NCBI RefSeq assembly: GCF_004010195.1
Contig: NC_057755.1
Location: 1-64,000, forward strand
DNA from: Chiloscyllium plagiosum
Lineage: Eukaryota
Length of the DNA: 64,000 nucleotides
Direction of reading: 5' to 3'
A program made the position numbers and the translations under genes. Numbering within the stretch: position 1 is the first letter of the stretch; each line of letters begins with the position of its first letter. Below are positions 37,701 through 50,131 of this stretch, piece by piece. The notes beneath the pieces were generated by a model. It saw only the letters and a program-made list of their open reading frames with translations, searched no databases and was not told the DNA's origin.

Positions 37701-39984
37701 TTCCTCTCTATCGTACCCGGTCCATTTAAACTGCACACATGCTAACCATTAATCTTTACTCCGTATTCAACTTTCTCCCTATTACTCTCTAATTCGCCCT
37801 CTCACTATTGTTCTTTGTTTAATCCTCCCCACTCTGGACTTAGCCATTTCTGTTTATCTGCATTTAACCCTGTCCCTGCTATGCTGTATGCAACACTGTC
37901 CTGAATAGTGTTTATTTATTTCTTTTTCTGTCACTCAGTGTTAACGCCCCTTCCTTTTCTCCTTCCGTAAGTCCCCTGTTCAACTCCCTCCCTCCTATTC
38001 TTTATTATATCCTCTCAAGTTCCGCAAAGGTGGTAATGTATCATCAAGTCACTCTGCATTCATACTTGCATAGTACATGGGGCTGACCCAACCAATTCAA
38101 AGCTGGCTCATTGATTGAGCATAACCCCTGACAGTCCTGTTTACGTCAGTCAGCCAGGACTCCCTGATGTTAACAGGGTAATAGCCCCAAACAGGGGACT
38201 CATATTCAATGAGATCCATCTGGCTGACTTCAGTACAATCCCTGCAGTGCCCTGAATTAACCCTCTCCCTGTGTCCCTGTGATCTGGAATCTTCCGCTCA
38301 TTCCATGTATACTTCTACCCCTATTAATTTATTTTAAATGCTCTCCCTTTTCTGTCTTTAACCCTCCCCTTTTTCCTGCATTTAACTCTCTCCATATTAT
38401 TCTCCACCTCACCCCCTTCCGTAGTCTCCCCCTATTATTCTCTCCCTACTGCAATTTTTAACCATCTCTCTCTGTGTATTTATCCATCCCTCTTTTCCAG
38501 TTGCTCTTTAATTATTGCTCTCCAACCACATTTCCGTTCCAGAATGTGTGTTTAATCTCTACGATTACCAGAGACGGTTTTCCCGACATGATCATTTCGC
38601 ACATCCGCGAAAATGCGACCGTCACTGCTCTGTGTTGCCGCCCCTCTGCCCAATGCTGGGACTGCAGATCCATCCCAAAGTGATGGAGGAGCTCAGCAAC
38701 AGCCGCAAACCATCAGATACAGTATAACTGATGGGAAGTAGAAAGGCACAACTTTAACATGAACTAATACAGTTATGATGTATAAATAGGAACAGCTACA
38801 ACACACAACAGGATTTGCATAAAAAAACAGGAACAGTTGTAATGTGCAACAGTATTTCGATATAAACTCAAAATTCTTCAATACAAACAAACTTGAGATG
38901 CAATGCACAATAATATTCTATGTAAACACAATCAGCTCCAGTACACAACAATATTCATCCAGACACAAAACGCTTCAACATATCACATGAAATAATGTGT
39001 ATATGAATGACGTGCATGAAGTACGTGGATGCCCTATTGCTAAATTTGCAGATGACACAAAAAATAGGTGGGACGGCAAGTTGTGACATTATATGTGCTT
39101 TCTAGGGTACAGGGACGGTGGTAGCCTTCATGAAGGAGATGCGGTCTTCAGCTTGTTAGAGGGAGAGTTAGAAGATGGCAGTGAATTCCTCCACCATCTA
39201 GGCACATGGCCAGGACTCCATCCTGGCCCGTCGCTTTCCTTGTGCTGCCTCTCAGTCAAACTGTTTTGATATGTGCAGCGGTAACCGAAGGAACAGGTGT
39301 GCCTGGTGCTTTTGGGGCAGGCGTGACAGCGCCACTGGCATTCTGCTCAAACAGAGCAGAGAAAGGATTGAGAGCCTTAGGGTGGGATGTGTCTTTGTTT
39401 GCTATCTTTCTCTGTTGTATTTTGCATCCAGTAATGTGGGCAGGATCTGTTTAGTATGTATAGGCTTCTCACGTCTGGTACTCCCTCTTAGCATCCCTGA
39501 TGGCCCTGTGAAGATCAGATTCGGATTCCCTATTTAAGTCTGGCTCTTCCCACTTGAATCTAGCCTGTCTGGTCTTCAGTCGGGAGTGGATTTCCTGGTT
39601 CATACAAGGTCAGACTTGGGGAACACTGAGATCGACTTATTCAAAATGCAGTCTTTCACGCATTTGCAAATAATGGCCGTGACGCTGGTTAGACATCCAG
39701 GTTTTATTCTTAATACTTGAACATGGTCCAGTCCAGCAATTCCAATCAGTCCTGGATACTGTCATTCACAGCCCCAGATCGGCATTGTACTTCCTTTTGT
39801 GAAGCATCCTCCCATTTCAGCTTCTGCTTGCAACTTTTCCACATGTCAGAGAGACTACAACCTGAGGGCACAGCCTCAGAGCGAAGGGACCAGCTTTGGA
39901 ATTGAGATGAGGATAAATTTCTTCAATCAAAGGATGGCTAATCTAAGGTCATCATTGCCGTAGACGGCTGTTGAGGCCAGGACA

Positions 39985-40641
39985 TTGAGTGTGTGATGCT
40001 GCTGTTCCTTTACTCAGGTTTTGATGCCCTTGGATTTTTTTTCTTAGAATGTTTGTAAATGCAATGCTTCCAGGATGTCCAGCTTGGATGGGTTGGAGTG
40101 CCAATGTCATGTTAGCTAACAGATACTGCCGCAGGCAAAGGGATTTCAAGTGTGAAAACAATGTTTCCAATGACAGGAGAGAGTGGGCAATTCTCCCAGC
40201 TCAGTCAGATTTAGATTCGTTTGATATCAGCAAGTTGTGAGGTTCTTTTTTTAGACTGTTGTTCATAGTAACAGTTGCATGGATGAAGTTTATCCATGCT
40301 GAATCTTTCTCTGACATCTCTCCTGTAAGACCCTGAATTTGATTTTACCTTTGGTGGCAAGCGGTGTTTATGAGGATTGTTGCAGGAATTTAGAGAAATC
40401 ATTAAGTTGGTACAGTCTTTTGAGATTTCCGATAGGTTATTTATTCTTTATTCTATTCTCTTTTGTTTGTGTTTTATTTGGTAATCTTTGAATAAATGTT
40501 GTTTTCTATAAAATTGAGGAATGTTGACCAGCTCCATCACTCCCGGAATATCCATTGAAACCTGCTCAAAACAAGTCAAAATGTTAGTGTCTGGAATACT
40601 ATTTTGAAATGTTTTGAGAGGGTCTGGCCTGGTCCATAACA
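39985..40641. mobile_element. Probable solo LTR, inverted paralog of 21955-22597
   Basis: Ends in ...cataaca; its reverse complement matches 21955 onward. Confidence 0.6.
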
Positions 40642-41179
40642 AATGCATTACAACTAGAGATGTATGGGATCCTGATTTGTCAGGGATTCAACATTTATGG
40701 GGAGACGGCAGAACAATAAAATTGAAGGAACAGTTCTGCCCTCAGAGTGGAGGAGGTATAGATACTTATATTTAGATATTTTCCAGATTGCCAGAAATAT
40801 GCAATTGACAGCAATGTGTGCACCGTGACCTGCTGAAGTTTTCACTTGCACTTTATTCAGGAGAGGGAGTCTCATGTTTATACAGCGACTGAACCACACC
40901 CAGAGGGACACATAAATATACCAACACGCACAGATGCACATGCATGCAGAAACACACCCACACACAGAAATGCAGTCAACTTGAGATATAGGAACATGCT
41001 GACAAACAAAAACATACATACATGCATACACATGCAACTCACACACATGCACGCATGCACAATAACACAGTCAAACTGAAATGTGGGAACACATCAACAC
41101 AAAGATTACAGAAACATTCCCACACGCTCACAAAACGCACAGGAATACAATCAGACTGCAGAAGGGGGCACATATCTAT

Positions 41180-41889
41180 ACTGACCACCAGTTGTTCCTT
41201 TAATGTTAAAATATAAAATGTTCGCATCGTCCACGAACCACATGTATGAAGCTGATGGTTATGGTGAAGAGGGATATCACCGACTGCCTTCGTCTCTGCA
41301 TCTTTGTGACTCTCTCCCTTCCTCTGTCTTTCGGACTTGACTGGCCACTAAAATGTGCCTGACTGTCAGAGTGTTCATCAAAAGAATTAACAGGAATGGG
41401 ATGAAAGAGATTAAAATGATATCAAACCACTTAAACACCAACTACCCTGTATCAGTGAAATAAAATGAGTTTATATAGCAGTACCATGGAATTTTGTCAA
41501 CTGTCCTCCTTGCGTGAAACCGAAAATAGAAGAGAATATTTTCTGAACAGAACACCATGCCAGTTATAGCTAGAAACACAGCCAAGGCTTTCTCTGTCAA
41601 AACATTTTTCTTCAGTTTCAGGCTATAAATGCCCACAGAACGATCATAGGAGAAAAGGCGAGCCAGACGGAACAGTCTGTGGCTGCACTGGCCAGAACAA
41701 AGATAGCACTGTACACGGGGGTGATGTCCAGGAAACATCTTGACAAGTAAAAGTGTCTGAGTGGCCACAGTATGATGTTCGTGACAATGAACAGTAGATC
41801 CGACGTTGCCACAGCCAAAAGGCAGCACGTTGTGCAGTTAGAGAGGCTGTAATTTCCCCCTGAAAGAAACAAAACCACCAGGAAATTAA
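41180..41889 (-). pseudogene. GPR139/GPR142-like pseudogene, exon 2
   Basis: Acceptor 'ttctgtcttatctag|'. Reads NFLVVLFLSGGNYSLSNCTTCCLLAVATSDLL...AATDCSVW, then frameshifts, TGG>TAG at 41442-41444 and further deletions. It ends after 'ILYFNIKGT', so TM7 is lost. Confidence 0.92.
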
Positions 41890-44199
41890 CTAGATAAGAC
41901 AGAAGGTAAAATGGAAATTGTAAATTACTGATCAAACAATCTCTGCTCTTCCCAGAGAGCAATGGAAAATGTTAACACCTAACTGGGTCAGGAGGGAGAG
42001 ATCAGATGCCACGTTTAAACGTGACAGCTCGAAGCCTGACTCGTTTCAAATCTGCTCACTCCTGACTTTAATTAATTGGGATGAGACAATTGACAGAGGA
42101 GATGGGGCATAATATTAAAGGTGAAAGGTAAGCGGTTTTGAGCGGTTTGGAGGAACAGACTTTCAATCTGAGAGTGAGGGGGATCTCGTAATTCAGTGCT
42201 TCAGATATTACCTGGATGAACTCTTGAAGTGTCATAACATTCAAGATGATAAGTATAATGCTGAAATCTGGAGCACGTGTTGAGCACCTTCGAAAACAAA
42301 AACTTGATGGACCGAATGACCTCTTTGTTAGGTTCCATGATTATAAGAATTACTGCTGGAAGGCAGGTTGGGAACTGAAACATTGTAATTAAATCAATCA
42401 AAGAACCTGAAGTTGATCAATGCATAAAACAGAAACAAACGAAACTGTTGAAACTCAGCAGGTATGGCAGCATCTATGGAAAGAGAAACAGTTGTTACCA
42501 GAATGACTCTTAATCAGAACATCTTCATCTGAACATGGGTAACTAGAATCAAATCATCATCACAGCTTTCTCCCCCCACAAGACCCTATCCTTGTAAACA
42601 AAGGAGAGCTGTTCACTTCAAAGAGGGAATTAAGGTTAAAAGTTTTGATATTCATCTACTATGGAACATTTGTTCGACTGCTCTTCCCATACTTGAAGTT
42701 ACTCTCGGTGCTATATAAGTTGTTGCATGTGAGAAAATGCAGTTATTCAATGGAAAATGTGAACAGACCTAGCAAAGTTTTGTTTCATCATTCAAGGCAC
42801 CAAAAATCATCTAAGCCCCTCTGTGATGATAAAGTGAGGATCTGCTAACTTACTAACAAACATGGCATGTTTTGGTAAGTTAACAATTCCTTACAACGTT
42901 TCGCAAATATTCTAATTATGCTTAGAGTTTGAGTCAGCAAAGAACACAACTTTCAAAAAGGGAAATATAACCTTTCTATTGCATTTTTCTGCATTGTATT
43001 ACTTAAAATGTTGAAATTGGATTGTTGACGTTTCTTGGATAAAGTACATTATGCAAAACAAACAGACAGTTCACTCCTGCAATTACTGAATGTGACTGTT
43101 CCCATCCGTGTATAAAGAAAAATAATATGGTATTCGTCCAAACTCTCTGACTCCCAATTGTGTTCTGATCATGTCAATCGTAAATATAATTTAAACTGAT
43201 AAATCCGAATACCCAGCAGTTCATGGAGAGAACGTGATTTCACAATATTTCTTGAAAAAAGACTTCCACTTTCATGTGAAAAACTGAACAAGGCAAGCAT
43301 TGTTAACCTAATGATCAAATTGATGAATTCTTGTGTTCTAAGCTCAGTTAAAATTGTTCCTCCTCATGAAGAATAACTTCATGGATTGTAAAAATTGCAA
43401 AGCTACAGTCATTTCTTCAAGATGCAACTGGAAGGTAACCACAGTCTCTGGAATTCACATTAACAATCCACAGTGTTCCAGCCATTCTTTAGAACTGCCG
43501 GAAATGTACAGCAGAGAAGCAGGCCATTCAACCCAGTAAATGAATTCGCTCTAATGTTCCTCAGCATTTCTACAATCCCAAACAACCGCAGGTTAGTTAT
43601 GCCATTGAAAGAGTTCATTCATGTCTGGAACGACTGAATAAACCATCTAATTGTTCTCATCCCACTTTCCACCAGATTGACCCTTGAAGATAACTTCACT
43701 TCAGGTGCAGATCCAGGTTTTCTTTAAACCAATTGAACTTTTCCAGCTGACGCATCCCCTCCGCATGATACTGGGAAGTGAATTCCAGACACACGATCAC
43801 CGTCTGCATGAAAGTGTTAGTTCTCATGTCCCCTGTAACCCTTCCATCAAACAGTATCCCTCTTGGACCCTGAGGAATGATCATCCGTTTGGTAACAGGT
43901 CTCCATTCAAGACGCTAACTATTTGAATACCTCAATCAAATCACCTCTCTTTTTCCTCTGTTCTGGGAAAATGAAACTAAGCTATCCATCCTTCCTCAGC
44001 GCTGTGGTAATTTCTATATCGTCGGAACAGTCTTGTAAAACTCTTCAGTCCTCTACTCGGTGCAACTCTGTCCTCACCAGTCAATCTCCCTTGTGTGAAG
44101 GTGGCCTCAACAGGCCCATGCATCACTGTCAATGGCAGCATGAAACTGCAGCGAATCCTCAGACGGATTCACATCAATTCAATCATGAAAGCCACTTGC

Positions 44200-44266
44200 A
44201 AGGAATTGCTACAATCGGAACAGTCGTGTAAAACATTTTCCGCACATGATTAATATAAAACATCAT
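44200..44266 (-). pseudogene. GPR139/GPR142-like pseudogene, exon 1 (MMFYINHVRKMFYTTVPIVAIP)
   Basis: 67-nt homolog of 8737-8803 with the same leader 'gattcaggcagaaaATG'. The donor reads T|GCAAGT instead of G|GTAAGT. Confidence 0.88.
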
Positions 44267-46842
44267 TTTCTGCCTGAATCTCTTTGCGCAGGCAATCCCT
44301 CTGTTCTCAGTGCTGAGGTGATACAATCTTAAAGCCTTTCATTGATACTTACTGACATCGCCTGGGTGTCTGTTACATTACAACGTGGTTCAATCCATTT
44401 TTAAAATAATTGTGCAAACAGGTGACGACGGCGAGTTAACTTCCAGTTGTGACAGAGTATTTTTAGTAGTGAGGTTTATTGGTTCAAATCTCAATCGGTC
44501 AAAAGCAAACTTTGCAAAATGCGTCTTTGGAAAATTCAAAACATCACTACACCGTGCAAGTTGGCCAATTGGCCGATCGAAGCTACCCTGACCCGACAAA
44601 GGGATCCAACTCAGACCCAGTCCCTGACACTGTGAGATAGCAGAGTGCCACCCTATATACCAGCATTGACAAATCAACACAATACAGCCCACTTTGAAAT
44701 CGCCTTTTAATTCTGTTCGTCCTCCACTTGGCTTTGACGATTTGGAAATTAAATTCCAACTCTGAGAACTTTCTCATCAACACTGGGATGTGGCTTCCGT
44801 GGTTATCAATGGCTGTTCTGTAAACGGATGTCAGTTGGTAATGGAGATGACACATTGCATGTTTTAACAAATCCAGTATCGCAATAGATTTCCTCACCTT
44901 GCACGGATACAGCTTCTAAATCGAACATAAGTTCTTCAGTGAAGGCAAAACTTGAAACAAGTTAAATACTCACTGAAAATTGCCCTCAAAGGTTACTTAA
45001 GCTCAAATGAATACAGATCCTCCTACAGATCACTGCAGAGCCTGTAATGGTGGCTAAATGGGACTTGATGTGAAGACTGATAACGGGCAGAAAATAGAGA
45101 GCATGAATAAATATACCATTATAAGGTAGTCAGGTAGGTATTAGTGAGTCGTACAGGGACTGCTACTTGAGACACAGTCATTGAAATTCTCTATCAATGA
45201 CTGAGGTGATGCGATCATGTGTTACATTGGCTAACATAATGTTGGGTGGGACAGTATAATAATACAAAAAGGACATAAGATCACTGAGAAGGGGAAGGAA
45301 AGGTTCAGTGAATGAAAGAGCACAAAATAGTCTGTGCAATGTCATGTGGAGAAATATGAAGCATTGTTCCTTCATGTCAGTCTTGGAAAGATTTGAGGCC
45401 AACGATAAATGTATAGATTCGTAAGTTAGTCGTAAATCAAGAGCCAACAAGAAGCCTCTCTGTCCATTCGGGGCGAGTGAATTCCAATATTCTATTGAAA
45501 TATTTATTCCTCTCAGATCTTTGTAAATTTGAGGAACACAACACTGGGTTTGAACCATTTCTCACCTTGCTATACAGAAATCATTCTGGTCAATCAATGC
45601 TGTACTCAAATAGACATGAACTGTCAATTCCCCAGGTTTTTTTTCCCCTGTTCATAAAATCAGGGTCGGTGCTGTGTTAACATCAAATGACAACAGTGGA
45701 CAATCTCAAAATAGTTGTCTGACTCAGAATCCTCAGTTCTGATTTGACAGAGTCCAGGATGGTATATTGCCTCAACAGTGCGCAGGGTCAAGGACATCAC
45801 AGAACAACTTCAGCACATCTTGCGTGTGGAGTGGGATTGGGGTGGGACAGGGACTGGAGCTAGATAGTGTGCAAAGTAAAGTCCCAGACATCCCGGTCCA
45901 CATTGACACCAGCAATGTTTGGAAGCGTAATAACCCTTCAAAGTCCAGTATCCTATCATAAATCAACCTTTATTTATTTCGAAATGCATCACCTTTAACA
46001 ATAGCTGATTCAGGGATCAGCATCTCAATATCCCTGCCATTCACCCTTTGCCATCAGCTCGGACTCCCTGAGTGGACTCAAGTAACAGGCCTAGTCAAGG
46101 AACTCATATCCTATGGGGTCCAGATGGCTGACCTCCTGACAATGACATGTGGAAACAGCAATGAATTCCTGTAAGTAAAATTCTGCAAATCAGGGAAGAG
46201 AATGAAAAGCTGATCTCCTGTTACTTCGTGTGCACATTAGGGCATATGAACGTATGGCGAGCAACATTGATTCAAGGAGGAAGGTTTGTGGCGATCTCGA
46301 TTATTGGTGAAGTTTTAGGCCTGGCGCAATCTGAATGCCTCGGAATCGTGGGTTCCTGTATAACTGGATGAGCATTGCTGCTCTTCTGGGGAGCTATGCC
46401 ACCGCTGTTATGGAATATTAGATCAGATCAGTCAGATGGTTGGGAAACTGAGATTCAGCTGAGTTAACAGGGAATGGAAGCTGGGCATGGGAATTAAACA
46501 ATCTGTGTGTGAAAGGGGAAAGCAGCAGAAACACGTTCTGGATCTGGAAAGATTTTCTGCTTCAGAAACCTGGCCTTCCACATCAAACAATTCCCTCACA
46601 TGCCTCACAGATTTGGGAACAGGGTTCTTTCTGGAGCGTTTTATGTTAATTTTCGGGGAATCCTCAATAACGTAAGCATTAAGTGATGCAGATACTGTTG
46701 ACAGCTCACTAGTATTATTTATTATTTGTGATGATGCGCGAGGCATTTGATCAGAAACAGATTGGAAGAACATGTCAAAATCTTGAACTAGTTAATCAGT
46801 CAAGACCTTAAAGCCACATGGCACATTGAAATGACTAATTCC

Positions 46843-47160
46843 AGGGTGGCCTGGTAGTTCCGTGGTTTGCTCTGCTGCCTCACAGCACCCGGGACCGAGG
46901 TTGCGATTCCAGCCTCAGGTAACTGTCTGTGAGGTGCTTTCACGTTCTCCCTATGTCTCTGCGGGTTGCCTCAGGTTTCTTTCCACAATCCAAAGGTGTG
47001 CAGGTCAGTTGAATTGGCCATGCTAAGTTGCCCAATGTGTTCATGGCACGAGGTTGTTTCAATTGGCTCATGTAATGCATTTGGGTGTGATGCTTTCTGG
47101 AGTGTTGTTATGGACTTGTTTTGCCGAAGGGCCTGCTTTGTCATTGTAGGGATTCCAATT
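46843..47160 (+). mobile_element. Old diverged V-SINE copy
   Basis: 'ctgctgcctcacagcacccgggacc', 'ttccacaatccaaaggtgtgcaggtcag', 'cattgtagggattc'. Confidence 0.75.
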
Positions 47161-48642
47161 TGTCACATCTTGCAGCCCTGAGTCAATACAAGAGGACAGA
47201 TCCAAACAGGGAGACATTTTCTCATTCCTTCTTTAAAAATTGTGAACACCATGAGATTGCATTAGTTAAAAGTATTATTGACTTGGGAACAGTGATCTCA
47301 GACTCCTCGTTATTTTTAAGACGGAGCATGAAGAAATTGATTCTGAAATCCAGGTCCTGATTCTAAATAAAGAGAACAACACGGAATTGATGCATAAATG
47401 GGCAACGATGGATTGAGCAATCTCACTAAAAATGTATTCAGTGCGTAGGCATTAGGTAAACAATAAGAAAAGGACAACCATTATTCATTGCCCTCTCGTG
47501 CAACAATAAAATAGGAAAGGAGAGAGTGAGCAGCCCTGCCTGACTCTAAATCTTGTCAGGAATCTTTGTGATTCCCATCCATGTATTGAGACTGTGCTAC
47601 CGATGTTGGTGTAGAGCAGTCAGATTCATTCGCAGGTTCCCTAGCCAAAATCCAGTTCGGAGAGCACGTCCCACATGGAGGTGTGCAATATCCAGTAAAA
47701 AAGCCTTCTCTTCGTCCAGGCTGATGAGGCAGGCGTACACCTCCCCATTCTGCACACGGAGAATCGTTTCCCTGAGGGGCAATAGGGTCTCTCAGGTCAT
47801 CTTGCTCGCTACAGATGACCTTTGACAGGATTCTGGAATCTGTGTTCATCAGTCGTCCCCCTCCCCGTGCTGATTGTAGATTAAGTGGATGTTACATTTA
47901 CTCATGAAATCACACAGGCTACCTGTTCGAAGCAGACTGTTGTACATTCTCAGATGGTCCTCGTCAATCAAATCCCACAGAGGGGAATACAACTCGACCG
48001 ATAGCCATCACATCCGGGAACTTTACTCATTTCTAAGGACTCAAGGCCCGTCGTCAGCTGGTGAAGCATCTCCTGTGGGCTGCCGGCTAAGAACTCCATG
48101 ATAGAGTACATGAATGACTTGGAGGCTGTGCGGTCTGTGGGCTGCATGCCATGCAGTTTGCAGAAAAGCGTTCGGTGATCTTCAGTGGTTACTAAACCAG
48201 CTTCTTTCAGGCTACGGAGCACGGAGCTCTCCCTGTGTATCTTCTGGATGAAGAAACCTGAGCACGTCTCAACCTGTTCCGCACTGGGTGATTATCTTGG
48301 TTACTTTTCAGGCAAGAGTAAGGCTGACAGTCTCTTCACCTTCTGGAGATCGTCTGTGACATCGATCCCCATCGTCTGGAACAGGAGCACCCTCTGCACA
48401 CTTTTCTGGAGTTTGCACAATTTCCCCCGGCTGTCCCAAACTTTCAAAATCTTTGTGGATAAAGAACCTCTTACTGTTCCCCTTGACCGTTTCCCACACG
48501 TCTAATATAACCACAAAGACAGGGTTCACAGGTCTCCAACCTATGAAATTCATTTTTCGCAACGTTTTGTGGGTTTAGCTGTTTTTCATTCAGATTCCAC
48601 ATTCCCTTCCTGGCATGTAATGGCAGTGGTCAGAGAAAAACG

Positions 48643-49076
48643 TCAGTTTGAAGTGGGTGAATCTGAACGAGAACATAGGCGAAAGTGAGGACTGCAGATG
48701 CAGGAAAAGCACAGCAGGTCAGGCAGCATTCGAAGAACAGGAAAATCGACGATTCGGCAACAGCCCTTCATCAGGAAATCGTTCAGGGCAGAAGAGAACA
48801 CGTGGGGTTTGCAGTGAGAGAGACACTCACTGAGATCTTTGTAGAGAGAGGAGGAGGACTTGTTCAAGTCAGGCATCCTTGCAAGAGGATTTGCAGTGCT
48901 GTGAAAATCAACTCGGCGAAAGTGAAGACTGCAGATGCTGTAGACCAGAGTCTAGATTAGAGTGGTGCTGGGAAAGCACAGCAGGTCAGAAAACCTGATG
49001 AAGGGCACCTGTCCGAAACGTTGATTTTCCTGCTCCTGCCTGACCTGCTTTATTTTTAAGCACCACTCTAATCTTG
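48643..49076. mobile_element. Penelope terminal-repeat insertion (tandem plus inverted ends) inside the Tx1-like element
   Basis: Minus-strand end with a hammerhead motif (about 48748-48775), a second 'gcgaaagtga.gactgcagatgc' repeat, then a plus-strand CTGATGAAGGGC..GTCCGAAACG (48995). Absent at about 28885 in the paralog. Confidence 0.8.
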
Positions 49077-49679
49077 ACCGGATAAAAACAGGACATCTAT
49101 CCTTGAGCAGTTAAAATTTGGCTGACCAAGACCATCTGTATCAAGGCTGTGCTCCATTGGCAGCAGGCGGCGGAAGATACCATACAGCTTTAACCTTTTG
49201 CATCAGGAATCAGGACGTATTGTCTGGTTTGTTGTCAGCATCGCCCATCTGCATCAATGATGCAGTTGAAATCTCTGCCCAGAATGACAGGCCTGAGCAT
49301 CGCCGGCAGCAGTGGGAGCTGCTGCAGAACCTCCGGCTGCTCCCTCTTTACTATCGGGGCATACACATTAATTAGTCTCAGGGGAGCGTTCCTGTATGTA
49401 GCTTCTGCAACAAGGAGGAGCCCCATTACCACCACCTCCATAATCTTTGGAGATGGTGAAGTTGCCTCCTCACAGCTGAATACACGGGCCAAAGGAACAG
49501 TATTGTATATCCCCGACCAGACTGAAGGACTTTTGACCCTTTCCTGGAGCTGGTGGGGTGGCGAATCCTACAGTCCTGCAGAAAGTGGAGGTTTGCCTTC
49601 AAGTTGGCCATGTCATACCAGCAATTGTAAACCCCATTTAGAATTACCAAGATAACCAAACTCTGTTCACCCGCGGTCT

Positions 49680-50131
49680 GGTCACCAGGGACTCACTGCA
49701 TCCCAGTGATGTGTGGGAGAAAGTTCAGACACTCTGCACTGAGTCAGCTGTCTCCCGGGATGGTCATCTGGTCACCGGGGAGCTCCCTGTATTCCTTTGG
49801 TGTGTGGAGCCTGTCTTCACTGAGGTAGCTGTCTCTCGGTTGGTGCTATGGTCACGAGGGGACTCCTATACTCCCGTGGTGTGGGGGTGAACGTTACGAA
49901 GCTCTCCACACTGAGGTAGCTGTCTCCCGGTGGGTGGCGTGCTCTGGTCATCGGGGGACTCCTTGTGTTCCCGTGACGTGGGGGTGAAAGTTCCTACACT
50001 CTCCATACTGATATAGCTGCCTCCCAGGTGAGGCTCTGGTCCCTGGAGGACTCTCTGTATCCCCATGGTGTGGGGGTGAACGTTGCAAAACTCTCTGCAC
50101 TGAGATAGCTGCCTCCTGGGGCGGATGCTCT
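49680..50131. repeat. Diverged minisatellite, 5 units of about 80-95 bp
   Basis: Each unit reads 'ggtca..ggggactc...gtgggggtgaa.gtt...actctcca.actgag.tagctg.ctcc'. Confidence 0.88.

Larger units (their letters stand above)
37280..41175 (-). repeat. Inverted paralog of about 21190-24720 (downstream flank of GPCR gene 1)
   Basis: The TG tract, solo LTR, Rex1-like fragment (39090-39835), AT-rich block and purine-rich block recur in reverse order and orientation. Confidence 0.85.

Noticed and set aside
49680..50131. CRISPR-like repeat-spacer array
   Set aside because: Units are similar along their whole length, there are no unique spacers or cas genes, and the context is vertebrate.
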